From an uncultured Calditrichota bacterium (GTDB taxonomy: Bacteria; Calditrichota; Calditrichia; JAJRVZ01): 64,000 nt of DNA. This document shows, one piece after another, positions 8,648 through 18,730 of this stretch (position 1 is its first letter; each line of letters begins with the position of its first letter). The notes under the pieces were generated by a model. The model saw only the letters and a program-made list of their open reading frames with translations. It was not told the DNA's origin and made no database searches. The translations under genes were made by a program, and so were the position numbers. Where the stretch lies: contig CAZBBC010000013.1 of the NCBI GenBank assembly GCA_964489835.1, forward strand, positions 3,578 through 67,577, in the 5' to 3' direction.

Positions 8648-9997
8648 ATGAGAAAAAACATCACTGCTTTCAAATTTAAATGGCAATCAATGATACTGTT
8701 CCTTACCATCCTGTTTTTTTCCCATTCAAATATTTTATCAGCCCAGGATGTGTTAGATTTAAAACGGGCCTGGACGATCACTCTCAAAAATAATTTCACC
8801 TTACAGCAGCAGGAGCTAACGATCCAAAAAGCAAGAGAAGAGATCTCTATCCAGAGAACCGATTATTATCCCAGTCTGAGTACCAGTGCCTTACTTACAC
8901 GGGCCGACTTTGATAAGTTTCCGGTAAATCTGCCCCCAAATTCTTCAACCATGGTAGGGATCGATCTTTTCTCCCTTTCTCTTAATCAACAGATTTTTAG
9001 TGGGTTCAGAACGAAAAACCTCGTTCAATCCGCCCATGAAAAATTAGCCGCTCAGGAAATCCAAAAAACGATTATTCAAAATACCCTCCTGATTGAAGTC
9101 GGAAAATTGTATTATGACATACAGGAAAATTCTCTTCATCAGGCCGTATTAAAATCAAGCATTGAACGGATTACCAATCAATTAATGCGTGTTCGCAATT
9201 TATATATTTCTGATCAGGCCACACCTTTTGATACGCTCGAAATCGCAACCCGGAAATTACAGGTTGAAAATCAGTTAGCGATTTTAGAGGACAATCGTGG
9301 AATTTTATTTTCTAATCTAAAGTACCTGCTCAATGAAGAAAAAATTGCTTCTCTTGCCCCATTATCTTTAGCCCCCGAAAATTTTTTTCTGGATGATCTG
9401 AATCAATATTTTCTCACTGCGATGGCATTCAGACCTGAATTAAAAAGTATATCCGCTCAGAAACGAGCACAAACAGCTTATTCCGATGTTTTGAAATCCG
9501 GATATTATCCTAATTTATCGGCAAGCCTTGCCTATAACTATTTGAAACCCACCGGGGATTTACTCAAGAGTGAGTGGACAAACTTTTATTCCCTTATGGT
9601 TAATTTTCAGTGGGAGTTATGGAACTGGAGACGCGATGCGAAAAAGGTCCAGCAGGCGCAACTGGATTTTCAACAATTGGATTTACAGGAATCACAACTG
9701 GTTGCGGATATCCGGCACCAGATCAAGGTTGCTTATTACAATCTTCAATCAGCACAGAAAAAAATAATATTACAACATAAATTGACTGATCAGGAGAAAG
9801 AAAGGTTTAGAATTACTGAGCAACGATACGAGCAGGGACTGGCCACTTTTCTTGATTTAAATTCGGCAGAGTTATCCTTAACCGAAGCTGAGACCGAATT
9901 GCATGAATACTATATCACCTGGTATAAAAACAAACTTCAATTAGATTATGCTTGCGGCGCCATCAGCCAAAATAATGAGGAGGTTTCAAATGAGTAA
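8648..9997 (+). CDS. TolC family outer membrane efflux protein
   Basis: Signal peptide, duplicated YYPxL motifs and the RYEQGLATFLDL C-terminal motif. ATG at 8648 is preferred over TTG at 8615. Confidence 0.9.
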   Translation: MRKNITAFKFKWQSMILFLTILFFSHSNILSAQDVLDLKRAWTITLKNNFTLQQQELTIQKAREEISIQRTDYYPSLSTSALLTRADFDKFPVNLPPNSSTMVGIDLFSLSLNQQIFSGFRTKNLVQSAHEKLAAQEIQKTIIQNTLLIEVGKLYYDIQENSLHQAVLKSSIERITNQLMRVRNLYISDQATPFDTLEIATRKLQVENQLAILEDNRGILFSNLKYLLNEEKIASLAPLSLAPENFFLDDLNQYFLTAMAFRPELKSISAQKRAQTAYSDVLKSGYYPNLSASLAYNYLKPTGDLLKSEWTNFYSLMVNFQWELWNWRRDAKKVQQAQLDFQQLDLQESQLVADIRHQIKVAYYNLQSAQKKIILQHKLTDQEKERFRITEQRYEQGLATFLDLNSAELSLTEAETELHEYYITWYKNKLQLDYACGAISQNNEEVSNE

Positions 9998-10871
9998 ACT
10001 TTCAATACTTATAATAATCCCTGTTCTGTTTCTCTCAATAAGTTGTTCTGACAATTCAGCCGAACTTCAATATACCGGGGTATTAGAAGGTACCTCTGTT
10101 CAGGTTCCTGCGCTGACACCCGGACAAATCACACAAATACCGGTTAACACCGGTGAACTGGTTAAAAAGGGCCAATTATTAGCAATGGTGGATAGTATAG
10201 ATCTTATTTATCAACGAGAGCAGTTGGTTGCCACACTTCAGGAATTAGAAATACAAACGGAGATTGCCCAGTCAAATTTATCAAGAGCAAGCAAAGACTA
10301 CGCATATATTAAAACAAAACAGGATAGAATAGCCAATCTCTACAAAACCCAATCAGCTACCAAACAGAATCTGGATGATATTACAAACAGTCTTCAAACT
10401 TCCCAGGCCGCGGTTTCCAACGCCAGAAATGCGCTGGGAAGTATCGCCGCCGGTAAAAAACAGGTGGAAGCAAAAATTAAATCGGTGAATAAAAGAATCA
10501 ACGATACAAAGATAATAGCCCCTACCGGGGGAATAATCACAAACCTTTATTATGAAGAAGGTGAAGCAGTGCCGCTGTTTGGATCTCTGCTGGAAATTAT
10601 CGACATAAAGAAAATGGAAGTTAAGATATATATATCAGAAACCCGGTTATCCCAGGTTCAATATGGCCAGCAGGTATCAGTTTCCGTCGATGGGCTGGAT
10701 AAAACACTGGATGGCACAGTCATCTGGGTAAGTCCAAAAGCAGAATTTACGCCTAAAACCATTTTAACTCCGAACACTCGCACATCGCTTGTTTATGCGG
10801 TTAAAATATCAATTACCAATGATGAAGGTATTCTTAAACATGGGATGCCCGTGGTTATTCACTTAAAATGA
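9990..10871 (+). CDS. HlyD/YbhG-like periplasmic adaptor (lipoprotein)
   Basis: RBS GAGGAGG before ATG 9990; lipobox-like LSISC; lipoyl half-motifs; SPKAEFTPK motif typical of the YbhG group. Confidence 0.9.
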   Translation: MSKLSILIIIPVLFLSISCSDNSAELQYTGVLEGTSVQVPALTPGQITQIPVNTGELVKKGQLLAMVDSIDLIYQREQLVATLQELEIQTEIAQSNLSRASKDYAYIKTKQDRIANLYKTQSATKQNLDDITNSLQTSQAAVSNARNALGSIAAGKKQVEAKIKSVNKRINDTKIIAPTGGIITNLYYEEGEAVPLFGSLLEIIDIKKMEVKIYISETRLSQVQYGQQVSVSVDGLDKTLDGTVIWVSPKAEFTPKTILTPNTRTSLVYAVKISITNDEGILKHGMPVVIHLK

Positions 10872-11797
10872 ATGTTATGACAGCAATTGAGATAAAAAAT
10901 TTTGTCAAGAAATATGGTACCATTGAAGCGGTCAAGGGGATATCTCTCAGCATAGAAAAGGGAGAACTCTTTGGTTTAATTGGTCCGGATGGTGCGGGTA
11001 AAACCACACTGATGCGGGCGATATGTACGCTACTGGTACCCGATCAAGGTTCCATCCTGGTAAACGGTCTCGACGTTTTAAAGGATATTTCAGCAATTCG
11101 AGCGCAGCTAGGCTACATGCCACAGCGATTTTCACTTTATCAGGATTTGACCGTTGCCCAAAATTTAAAATTTTTTGCCGAATTATTTCAGGTACCTTTA
11201 CAGGAACAGGAAGAGCGATTGGTCGAATTGTATCAATTTTCCAGATTAGAACCATTTAAAAAACGATTGGCCGGCGCTCTTTCGGGTGGAATGAAACAAA
11301 AACTGGCGCTTTCATGTGCTTTAATACATACACCTGAAGTTCTGATCCTGGATGAACCTACTTTCGGGGTGGATCCGGTTTCCCGGGATGAATTCTGGAA
11401 TATTTTATATACGATTCGTGATCAGGGAACGACCATTCTTGTCTCCACCGCCTATATGGATGAAGCCAATTTATGCGACCGTGTGGCCTTATTCTTTAAC
11501 GGAAAAATTCATGCAACAGAAAAACCTGATGTCTTACAATCGCAGTTCAAATATCCTCTTTTTCAATTACGGGCGGATAATGTGAGAAAAATGACTGAAT
11601 TTTTCCAAAATTTCCCCGAGGTAAAAACCATTCAAAAGTTCGGAGATACCTTACACATCAGTTTTAAGGAACTACCGGATGATTCCCAATGGCAAAAATG
11701 GAATAAAATGGCGAAAGGTAATCTATTAGAATGGGAACAGATTGAACCTTCGATAGAAGATGTATTTCTGGATCGGGTAGAGAGGAAGAATGAATAA
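10868..11797 (+). CDS. ABC transporter ATP-binding protein (YbhF-like, first half)
   Basis: GPDGAGKT, LSGGMKQ and LDEPT motifs. Confidence 0.93.
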   Translation: MNVMTAIEIKNFVKKYGTIEAVKGISLSIEKGELFGLIGPDGAGKTTLMRAICTLLVPDQGSILVNGLDVLKDISAIRAQLGYMPQRFSLYQDLTVAQNLKFFAELFQVPLQEQEERLVELYQFSRLEPFKKRLAGALSGGMKQKLALSCALIHTPEVLILDEPTFGVDPVSRDEFWNILYTIRDQGTTILVSTAYMDEANLCDRVALFFNGKIHATEKPDVLQSQFKYPLFQLRADNVRKMTEFFQNFPEVKTIQKFGDTLHISFKELPDDSQWQKWNKMAKGNLLEWEQIEPSIEDVFLDRVERKNE

Positions 11798-12545
11798 TTT
11801 TACTTATGCGGTTCAAACGGTAGATCTTACCCGCCGTTTTGGAAAATTTACAGCGGTTGATAATGTCTCGATCGCAATACAAAAAAGTGAGATATTCGGG
11901 TTCCTGGGTGCGAACGGCGCCGGAAAAACCACGGTGATACGGATGTTATGCGGGCTTCTGGCGCCTTCGGCCGGCCAGGCCAGCGTCGCAGGATTTGATA
12001 TCTATAAACAAACGGAGCAGATCAAAAAAAACATCGGTTATATGAGCCAGAAATTTTCTCTTTATGATGATTTAACCATCGAAGAAAATATTAATTTTTA
12101 TGGTGGCATCTATGGTCTTTCCTCGGAAGCCATTCAGGAAAGAAAATCAAATTTATTGCATCAGGTAGGATTAATGGATTTTTCCAAACGTTTAACCCGT
12201 GATCTGCCGCTTGGGTTTAAACAACGTCTGGCACTGGGATGTTCTTTGTTACACGATCCAGCCATTATATTCCTTGATGAACCAACTTCAGGCGTTGATC
12301 CGAAGGCTCGTCGGAGTTTTTGGGATCTGATCTATGAAACCTGCGATTTAGGAAAAACTGTTTTTGTCACTACTCACTTTATGGATGAGGCTGAATATTG
12401 TCACCGTGTTTCAATTATGCGTGACGGAAAAATTATAGCCCTGGATAAACCGCGGGAATTAAGAAAAAAATATAATAAATCCAGTATGCAAGAAGTATTT
12501 GTGCATATTGTAAATGAAAAAGACATCGAACAATCAGAATTTTAA
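11790..12545 (+). CDS. ABC transporter ATP-binding protein (YbhF-like, second half)
   Basis: GANGAGKT, LPLGFKQRL, LDEPTSGVDP and TTHFMDEAE motifs. Confidence 0.93.
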   Translation: MNNFTYAVQTVDLTRRFGKFTAVDNVSIAIQKSEIFGFLGANGAGKTTVIRMLCGLLAPSAGQASVAGFDIYKQTEQIKKNIGYMSQKFSLYDDLTIEENINFYGGIYGLSSEAIQERKSNLLHQVGLMDFSKRLTRDLPLGFKQRLALGCSLLHDPAIIFLDEPTSGVDPKARRSFWDLIYETCDLGKTVFVTTHFMDEAEYCHRVSIMRDGKIIALDKPRELRKKYNKSSMQEVFVHIVNEKDIEQSEF

Positions 12546-12564
12546 CCACAAAGTGTGGAAACCG

Positions 12565-13707
12565 ATGGAAAAATCAATCAAAAAAAAGCACCGTTTTTCA
12601 ACCCAGAAACGTATATTAGCAATTTCCAGAAAAGAGTTTCTGCATATTATTCATGATTTTCGCAGCCTGATGATAATTTTTGCAATGCCGGTGTTACAGA
12701 TAATTATGTTTGGTTATGCCTTAAACATGGAGATTCAGAAAATCGATCTGGCGGTTATTGATCATAGCCATACACCATTTTCCCAGGATTTAATCAGACA
12801 GTTTGAAAGTAACAGTTATTTTTCGGTTCAATATTATAACGGACCGATGAGCAAAATCGATGAGTTGTTTCTCAATCGGGAGGCCCGGGTTATTCTGATC
12901 ATTGATAAGGATTTCCAGAAAAATTTTCAGAGAACCCCAATAACACCCGTTCAAATGTTAATCGATGCAGCAGATCCAAATGCAGCAACAATGATCAGGC
13001 AGTATTGTAATGGCGTAATCATAAAATTTAATGAATTGAAGAATGCGAACTTACACCTGCCTTTTAATATCAAATCCCGGATTTGGTATAATCCCGATTT
13101 GAAAAGTGCGTATTTTTTCATACCGGCTTTAATTGCACTTATTCTAGTGATGATATCCGCTCTCTTAACCAGCATAACGATCACCCGTGAGAAAGAAATG
13201 GGTACGATGGAACAGATCCTGGTATCACCGGTAAGGCCTGTCGATATAATTATCGGAAAAGTTCTGCCATATATCGGATTGGCATTTATGGATGGTATCC
13301 TCATTCTACTTCTTGGTATTTTCCTCTTCCAGGTACCCTTTATTGGCAGCTATGTACTTTTACTACTCCTATCTATCCTTTACATTACCACAGCTCTATC
13401 GCTGGGTCTACTGATTTCGACTGCTGTCAGCACCCAACAAGTGGCGATGATGATTTCTCTCGCCGTCACGCTCCTGCCGACGATCATGTTGTCCGGTTTT
13501 ATTTTTCCATTAAAATCAATGCCCATGATTTTACAGTATCTTTCTTATATTGTCCCGGCAAAATACTATCTGATCATTATCCGTGGAATAATGTTAAAGG
13601 GAAACACCCTTGTTCAACTTGCCAGCCAGACCTTGTCTCTTTTGTTGATGACCTTAATTTTATTGGTGAACGCTGTACGGAAGTTCAGCTTAAATCTGGA
13701 GAAATAA
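12565..13707 (+). CDS. ABC-2 permease (YbhS-like)
   Basis: KEFLHIIHD, WYNP, REKEMGTMEQ and LSGFIFP motifs. Start is uncertain (12514 or 12565). Confidence 0.9.
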   Translation: MEKSIKKKHRFSTQKRILAISRKEFLHIIHDFRSLMIIFAMPVLQIIMFGYALNMEIQKIDLAVIDHSHTPFSQDLIRQFESNSYFSVQYYNGPMSKIDELFLNREARVILIIDKDFQKNFQRTPITPVQMLIDAADPNAATMIRQYCNGVIIKFNELKNANLHLPFNIKSRIWYNPDLKSAYFFIPALIALILVMISALLTSITITREKEMGTMEQILVSPVRPVDIIIGKVLPYIGLAFMDGILILLLGIFLFQVPFIGSYVLLLLLSILYITTALSLGLLISTAVSTQQVAMMISLAVTLLPTIMLSGFIFPLKSMPMILQYLSYIVPAKYYLIIIRGIMLKGNTLVQLASQTLSLLLMTLILLVNAVRKFSLNLEK

Positions 13708-13708
13708 G

Positions 13709-14836
13709 ATGCGTGTTCTAAGATTCATACTGATTAAAGAATTCAAACAGATTTTTCGTACCAGGGAAATGATTGCTGTCATCTTTGGAATACCGCTTGT
13801 TCAGCTGGTGATTCTTGGATTTACAATTACCAATGAAGTAAAAAATGTCTCTCTGATTATTGCAGACCAGGACAATAGTCAAATTAGCCGGGAGATCGTG
13901 CGTTCGTTTGAGAATACCGACCGGTTTGATATTATCAGTTATGAAACAGATGGAAATAAAATAGAAAAATCAATTCAGGACTGGAATGCCCAGCTGGCTT
14001 TAATCATTCCTAATGGTTTTGGTAAAAATTATATCCGAGGCCTTGAAGCGGACATTCAACTGCTGGCAGATGGACTGGATGGAAATTCAGCAGGGATCGC
14101 CCTGGGATACGCCCAGGGAATTCTCATTCAGTTTCAACCGCCGCCGAATTTAAATGTGATCCTGATGAAAAGACTAAATGCAAGCTCTATTCATATGGTC
14201 TCGATGGAAGATCGGATGTGGTTTAATGAGGATCTTGACAATGCCCAATATATGATTCCTGGAATCATTGCCGTATTATTGACCATTGTATCAATGATGC
14301 TTTCATCAATAAATCTTGTCCGTGAGAAAGAGATCGGCACTCTGGAACAATTAATGGTAACCCCGTTAAAACGGCATCAAATCCTGCTGGGTAAAATTCT
14401 GCCTTTTCTTATTTTAACTTTTATAGAGCTTGGCATCGTAATGACTTTCGGGCAAATCATATTCGCCATCCAGGTAAAGGGGAGCTATTTGCTCCTGGCT
14501 GGTCTATCTTTTCTTTTTCTTTTTACCACCCTGGGTTTTGGAATATTCATTTCCACGATAACAGGGACTCAGCAACAAGCAATGTTTGTATCCTGGTTTT
14601 TTATGGTTTTTATGCTTTTAATCAGTGGATTTTTTGTACCCATTGAGAATATGCCTGATTTTATACAAAAATTAACTTATCTTAATCCGATGCGTTATTA
14701 TTTGTATATTGTCAGGGATATTATTCAAAAAGATGCCGGTTTCGTCCATCTTTTAAAAGACATTATTCCGATGACTTTATATGGTATCATAATTTTCTCA
14801 GTCAGTACCATAAAATTTCAAAAGCGCGTCGCCTAA
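13709..14836 (+). CDS. ABC-2 permease (YbhR-like)
   Basis: KEFKQIFR, REKEIGTLEQLMVTP and ISGFFVPIENMP motifs. Confidence 0.9.
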   Translation: MRVLRFILIKEFKQIFRTREMIAVIFGIPLVQLVILGFTITNEVKNVSLIIADQDNSQISREIVRSFENTDRFDIISYETDGNKIEKSIQDWNAQLALIIPNGFGKNYIRGLEADIQLLADGLDGNSAGIALGYAQGILIQFQPPPNLNVILMKRLNASSIHMVSMEDRMWFNEDLDNAQYMIPGIIAVLLTIVSMMLSSINLVREKEIGTLEQLMVTPLKRHQILLGKILPFLILTFIELGIVMTFGQIIFAIQVKGSYLLLAGLSFLFLFTTLGFGIFISTITGTQQQAMFVSWFFMVFMLLISGFFVPIENMPDFIQKLTYLNPMRYYLYIVRDIIQKDAGFVHLLKDIIPMTLYGIIIFSVSTIKFQKRVA

Positions 14837-14856
14837 TATAAAAGCAGGAAAACTAC

Positions 14857-15033
14857 ATGAATACCATTCTGCCGGATAATGAACCGTTAAAACGGGCAGT
14901 CAAATGGGTCTCGGAGCAACTACAAGATGACGAGAATAAATCGAAACAATTGCTTATCAATGAGGCAATTCTTCGATTCGATCTCAATCCCAAACATTCT
15001 ATGTATCTGATAAATTTCTATAAAAACAAATAG
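14857..15033 (+). CDS. Small hypothetical protein (58 aa), absent from the ORF track
   Basis: MNTILPDNEPLKRAVKWVSEQLQDDENKSKQLLINEAILRFDLNPKHSMYLINFYKNK*; RBS-like GCAGGA upstream; 20 bp after the permease stop. Confidence 0.7.
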   Translation: MNTILPDNEPLKRAVKWVSEQLQDDENKSKQLLINEAILRFDLNPKHSMYLINFYKNK

Positions 15034-15447
15034 TCTCCAACACCCATATATTATTTTTCTTTTTTCCTTCTTGGTATCAATTGTAATTCTTGTGATAGAT
15101 ATTTCAACCACAAAGTGCACAAAACAGTAAAAAATTCTTTACGTTCCGCTTCGCGGGGAATTTCTAACAAATTATTTTAATGCCATTTTTTCAATCGTAC
15201 CGACACCTTAGAAGATTCAAATAGGATGATGCTATTTATTCATCTGATTACTTCGTAATTAATTTTTTTACAACAAGTTTCTGCATCATGAGTTTATCAA
15301 GCGAACGAATTATTAAAAAAAAAACAAAAATTGAATATTTCTGCCGATAATAGTAAATGTAACCGGTAGCACCTGAAAAAAATTGCGTCAATTATTTTCA
15401 ATAATTAGATTAAAACAAGATTATTGAAGTGGATCCGGACGACATTT

Positions 15448-16809
15448 ATGAAAACTATCATTGAACCATTTCGCATTAAATCTGTTGAACCGATTCGTAT
15501 GACTTCCCGTGATCAGCGGGAACAATACATCAGTGAAGCACATTATAACTTATTTAACCTTAAAAGCAAACACGTCCTCATTGATCTACTAACCGATAGT
15601 GGAACCAGTGCCATGTCAGCGAATCAATGGGCAGCGATACAGAGAGGAGATGAGAGTTATGCCGGGAGTGAAAGTTACTTTCGCTTTTATGACTCAGTAA
15701 CGGACATTATGCCTTTTGAACATGTCATTCCAACCCATCAGGGCCGTGCCGCTGAGAAAATATTATTTACGGTTATTGGGGGCAAGGGTAAAAAGATTCC
15801 CAATAATACACATTTTGATACCACACGGGCGAATATTGAATATACCGGTGCCCAGGCTATTGATCTGATTATTGAAGAAGGTAAATGTCCTCAGAAAATA
15901 CATCCCTTCAAAGGGAACATGGATATAAAAAAACTAAAATCGTTTATTAAAAATACCGGTGCAGAGAATATTCCATGCGTGATGATAACGCTCACCAATA
16001 ATTCGAGCGGCGGACAACCGGTATCCATGCAAAATATCCATGATGTACGTCAGGTTTGTAATAAATATCATCTGCCTCTATTGTTCGATGCCTGCCGGTT
16101 TGCTGAAAATGCTTACTTTATTAAAAAACGGGAAAGCGGTTATTCTGATAAAAGTATCAAAGAGATCTGTCAGAAAATGTTTTCTTATGCCGACGGCTGC
16201 ACCATGAGTGCAAAAAAAGATGCCTTGGTAAATATTGGTGGGTTCCTGTGTCTGAATGATGATACCTGGGCCACACAAGCCCGTAATCTTCTGATACTTA
16301 CCGAGGGATTTCCGACATACGGGGGTCTCGCGGGTCGAGACCTAGATGCCATAGCCGTTGGTCTGCATGAAATCATCGAGGAGGATTATTTACAGTACCG
16401 AATTCGTTCCACAGAGTATCTTGGTGAAAAAATAAATGCCGTAGGCGTTCCTCTTGTTCTTCCGGTCGGTGGACATGCGGTATATATCGATGCTAAAGCG
16501 ATGTTACCTCATATTCCCGTCTCCCAGTTTCCGGGACAGTCGCTGGCTGTCGAGTTGTATCTGCAAGGTGGAATAAGAGGTTGTGAGATCGGTTCGGTGA
16601 TGTTCGGTAAAAAGGCAAAAATGGAACTGGTACGACTTGCTATTCCCCGTCGTGTTTATACCCAAAGCCATATCGACTATGTGATCGAAGTGATCATTGA
16701 TGTTTATAATTCCCGGAATGATTTGCGCGGTATGAAAATTACACAAGAACCGGAAAGTTTAAGACATTTTACCTGTCAATTTCAGTATGTGAACACAATT
16801 GAAAAATGA
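15448..16809 (+). CDS. tnaA: Tryptophanase (PLP-dependent beta-eliminating lyase)
   Basis: EPFRIKSVE, DLLTDSGT, PTHQGRAAE and PLP-lysine MSAKKD motifs. The C-terminal LRHFT has His, which favours tryptophanase over tyrosine phenol-lyase (LRFFT). Confidence 0.88.
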   Translation: MKTIIEPFRIKSVEPIRMTSRDQREQYISEAHYNLFNLKSKHVLIDLLTDSGTSAMSANQWAAIQRGDESYAGSESYFRFYDSVTDIMPFEHVIPTHQGRAAEKILFTVIGGKGKKIPNNTHFDTTRANIEYTGAQAIDLIIEEGKCPQKIHPFKGNMDIKKLKSFIKNTGAENIPCVMITLTNNSSGGQPVSMQNIHDVRQVCNKYHLPLLFDACRFAENAYFIKKRESGYSDKSIKEICQKMFSYADGCTMSAKKDALVNIGGFLCLNDDTWATQARNLLILTEGFPTYGGLAGRDLDAIAVGLHEIIEEDYLQYRIRSTEYLGEKINAVGVPLVLPVGGHAVYIDAKAMLPHIPVSQFPGQSLAVELYLQGGIRGCEIGSVMFGKKAKMELVRLAIPRRVYTQSHIDYVIEVIIDVYNSRNDLRGMKITQEPESLRHFTCQFQYVNTIEK

Positions 16810-18056
16810 GGATCGTCTCCATGAAAAAATCCAAGAAAAAATTACAACATATTATTCAGTTAGGAGTGGAAGTTTCTCAAATTGGTGATCTTGATATTCT
16901 TTTGGAAAAAATATTGAGTGAAGCCAGAGATCTGGTCGACGCCGATGCCGGATCCATTTATATAAAAGAAGGCGAAGAACTTAAATTCAGCTATGCTCAG
17001 AATGAAACCTTACGGAAAAAATTAGGACCGGGTAAAAAGCTTATTTATACAACATTCAGTATGCCGATAACAAAAAAATCTATTGCCGGATTTGTTGCCA
17101 GTGAAGGTAAAGTATTAAACCTCCCGGATGCTTACATGATCTCCAAGAAAATGCCCTATTCGCATAACAGTAGTTATGATAAGTTGGCTGGTTATGAGAC
17201 CCATTCGATGCTCACTGTCCCCCTAAAAAATAATCGTGGTGATATCATCGGGGTGCTGCAATTAATCAATGCACAGGAAAAAAATGGCAAAATAATACCT
17301 TTCAGTGATGAAGATGAGTCTTATATTAAACCATTTGCCATGTATGCCGCAGTCGCGATCGAACGGGCACAATTGACCCGGACAACCATTATGCGGATGA
17401 TCAGCATGGCAGAGCTAAGAGATCCGAAAGAAACCGGTGCTCATGTCAATCGGGTGGCCGCTTACGCTCTTGAGATCTATGAGCATTGGGCGCATACTAA
17501 AGGGATCGCTAAAGAGGAAACTGATAAACAACGTGATGCGTTTCGTATGGCGGCAATGCTTCATGATGTCGGAAAGGTAGCCATTTCTGACACCATCCTT
17601 AAAAAACCGGGAAAATTCACTGATGAAGAATATGAAATTATGAAAATGCATGCCCAGGCCGGTGCCTGTTTGTTCAGTGGAGCACGCTCAAATTTCGATA
17701 CAATTGCCGCCGAAGTGGCCCTTACCCACCATGAACGTTGGGATGGTAAAGGATACCCGGGTTGGATTGATGAAAAAACAGGAGACGTTTATCCAAAATG
17801 TATTGATAAGAAAAGCGGCAAAGCGCGTGGAAAAAAGGAAGAAGAAATCCCTATCTGGGGTCGTATTGTCGCCCTGGCCGATGTGTTTGATGCCTTAAGT
17901 TCCAACCGCGTCTATAAAGAAGCCTGGACAGAAGAGGACGTCTTACAAAAAATAAAGGATGACAAAGGAAAACACTTTGATCCTGAAATCGTAGATTCTT
18001 TTTTCGAAGTATATGACCAGATCAAGGCCGTTAGCCAACGATACCCGGATCAGTAA
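16806..18056 (+). CDS. GAF plus HD-GYP cyclic di-nucleotide phosphodiesterase
   Basis: N-terminal GAF domain (SMLTVPL, IGVLQLIN); ETGAHVNRV, LHDVGK, HHERWDGKGYP and ADVFDAL motifs. Confidence 0.92.
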   Translation: MRIVSMKKSKKKLQHIIQLGVEVSQIGDLDILLEKILSEARDLVDADAGSIYIKEGEELKFSYAQNETLRKKLGPGKKLIYTTFSMPITKKSIAGFVASEGKVLNLPDAYMISKKMPYSHNSSYDKLAGYETHSMLTVPLKNNRGDIIGVLQLINAQEKNGKIIPFSDEDESYIKPFAMYAAVAIERAQLTRTTIMRMISMAELRDPKETGAHVNRVAAYALEIYEHWAHTKGIAKEETDKQRDAFRMAAMLHDVGKVAISDTILKKPGKFTDEEYEIMKMHAQAGACLFSGARSNFDTIAAEVALTHHERWDGKGYPGWIDEKTGDVYPKCIDKKSGKARGKKEEEIPIWGRIVALADVFDALSSNRVYKEAWTEEDVLQKIKDDKGKHFDPEIVDSFFEVYDQIKAVSQRYPDQ

Positions 18057-18189
18057 TACAATAATTTTTTACTCCAAAATTTTCAGATCCATACCCCCTT
18101 CCCTCGATCTAATGTTTTAACTTCACTAAATATTTGTGATATATGAATTAAGCCGCATCATTATCCTGCAAAAAAAAATACAAATTCTC

Positions 18190-18254
18190 TTGCATTGAGA
18201 GTAAAAATCTTGTAGAATTGTGGGAAATAATCCCTTAACGTGGAGCAAAATCCC
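18190..18254 (+). promoter_or_regulatory. dcw/mraZ sigma70 promoter with putative MraZ boxes
   Basis: TTGCAT (18190-18195), 17 bp, TAGAAT (18213-18218), then direct repeats GTGGGAAATAATCCC (18220) and GTGGAGCAAAATCCC (18240). Confidence 0.7.
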
Positions 18255-18259
18255 TAATT

Positions 18260-18730
18260 ATGCCAGTTAATGATTTTTCCGGCGAATATCGATTTACACT
18301 GGACGCGAAAAAACGCATCAGTATCCCTTCCGGTATTCGAAAAATGCTACCACCCGAATCTGAGGGTTCACTGGTTTTTACCCGTGGATTTGAAGGGTGC
18401 GTCTATGTATTCCCCAATGATGAATGGAAACGCCTTACCCATAAGTTAAACACCCTTGACAGCTTTAATGTAAAGGTACGCGATTTCATCCGGATGTTCG
18501 TAGGACCTGCCTATAAAACGGTAATGGATAACCAGGGTCGGGTACTTCTTCCCGATTACATCCTGGAAATGGCAATGATCGAAAAGGATATTCTTTTAAT
18601 AGGGTCACTTAATAAATGGGAATTATGGAGTTCAGCTGTCTTCGAGCGTTACATTAAGGAAAATAATCCTTCACTGGAATCGCTGGCCCAGGAAATTAAC
18701 TTTGGTGCGATTTTTAACAGCAATGGGTGA
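18260..18730 (+). CDS. mraZ: Transcriptional regulator MraZ
   Basis: FSGEYRFTLDAKKRISIP and DNQGRVLLP motifs; first gene of the dcw cluster. Confidence 0.95.
   Translation: MPVNDFSGEYRFTLDAKKRISIPSGIRKMLPPESEGSLVFTRGFEGCVYVFPNDEWKRLTHKLNTLDSFNVKVRDFIRMFVGPAYKTVMDNQGRVLLPDYILEMAMIEKDILLIGSLNKWELWSSAVFERYIKENNPSLESLAQEINFGAIFNSNG

Noticed and set aside
15034-15447. Possible tnaC leader peptide or riboswitch upstream of tnaA
   Set aside because: The short ATG-initiated ORFs I translated contain no Trp, and I recognised no riboswitch structure.
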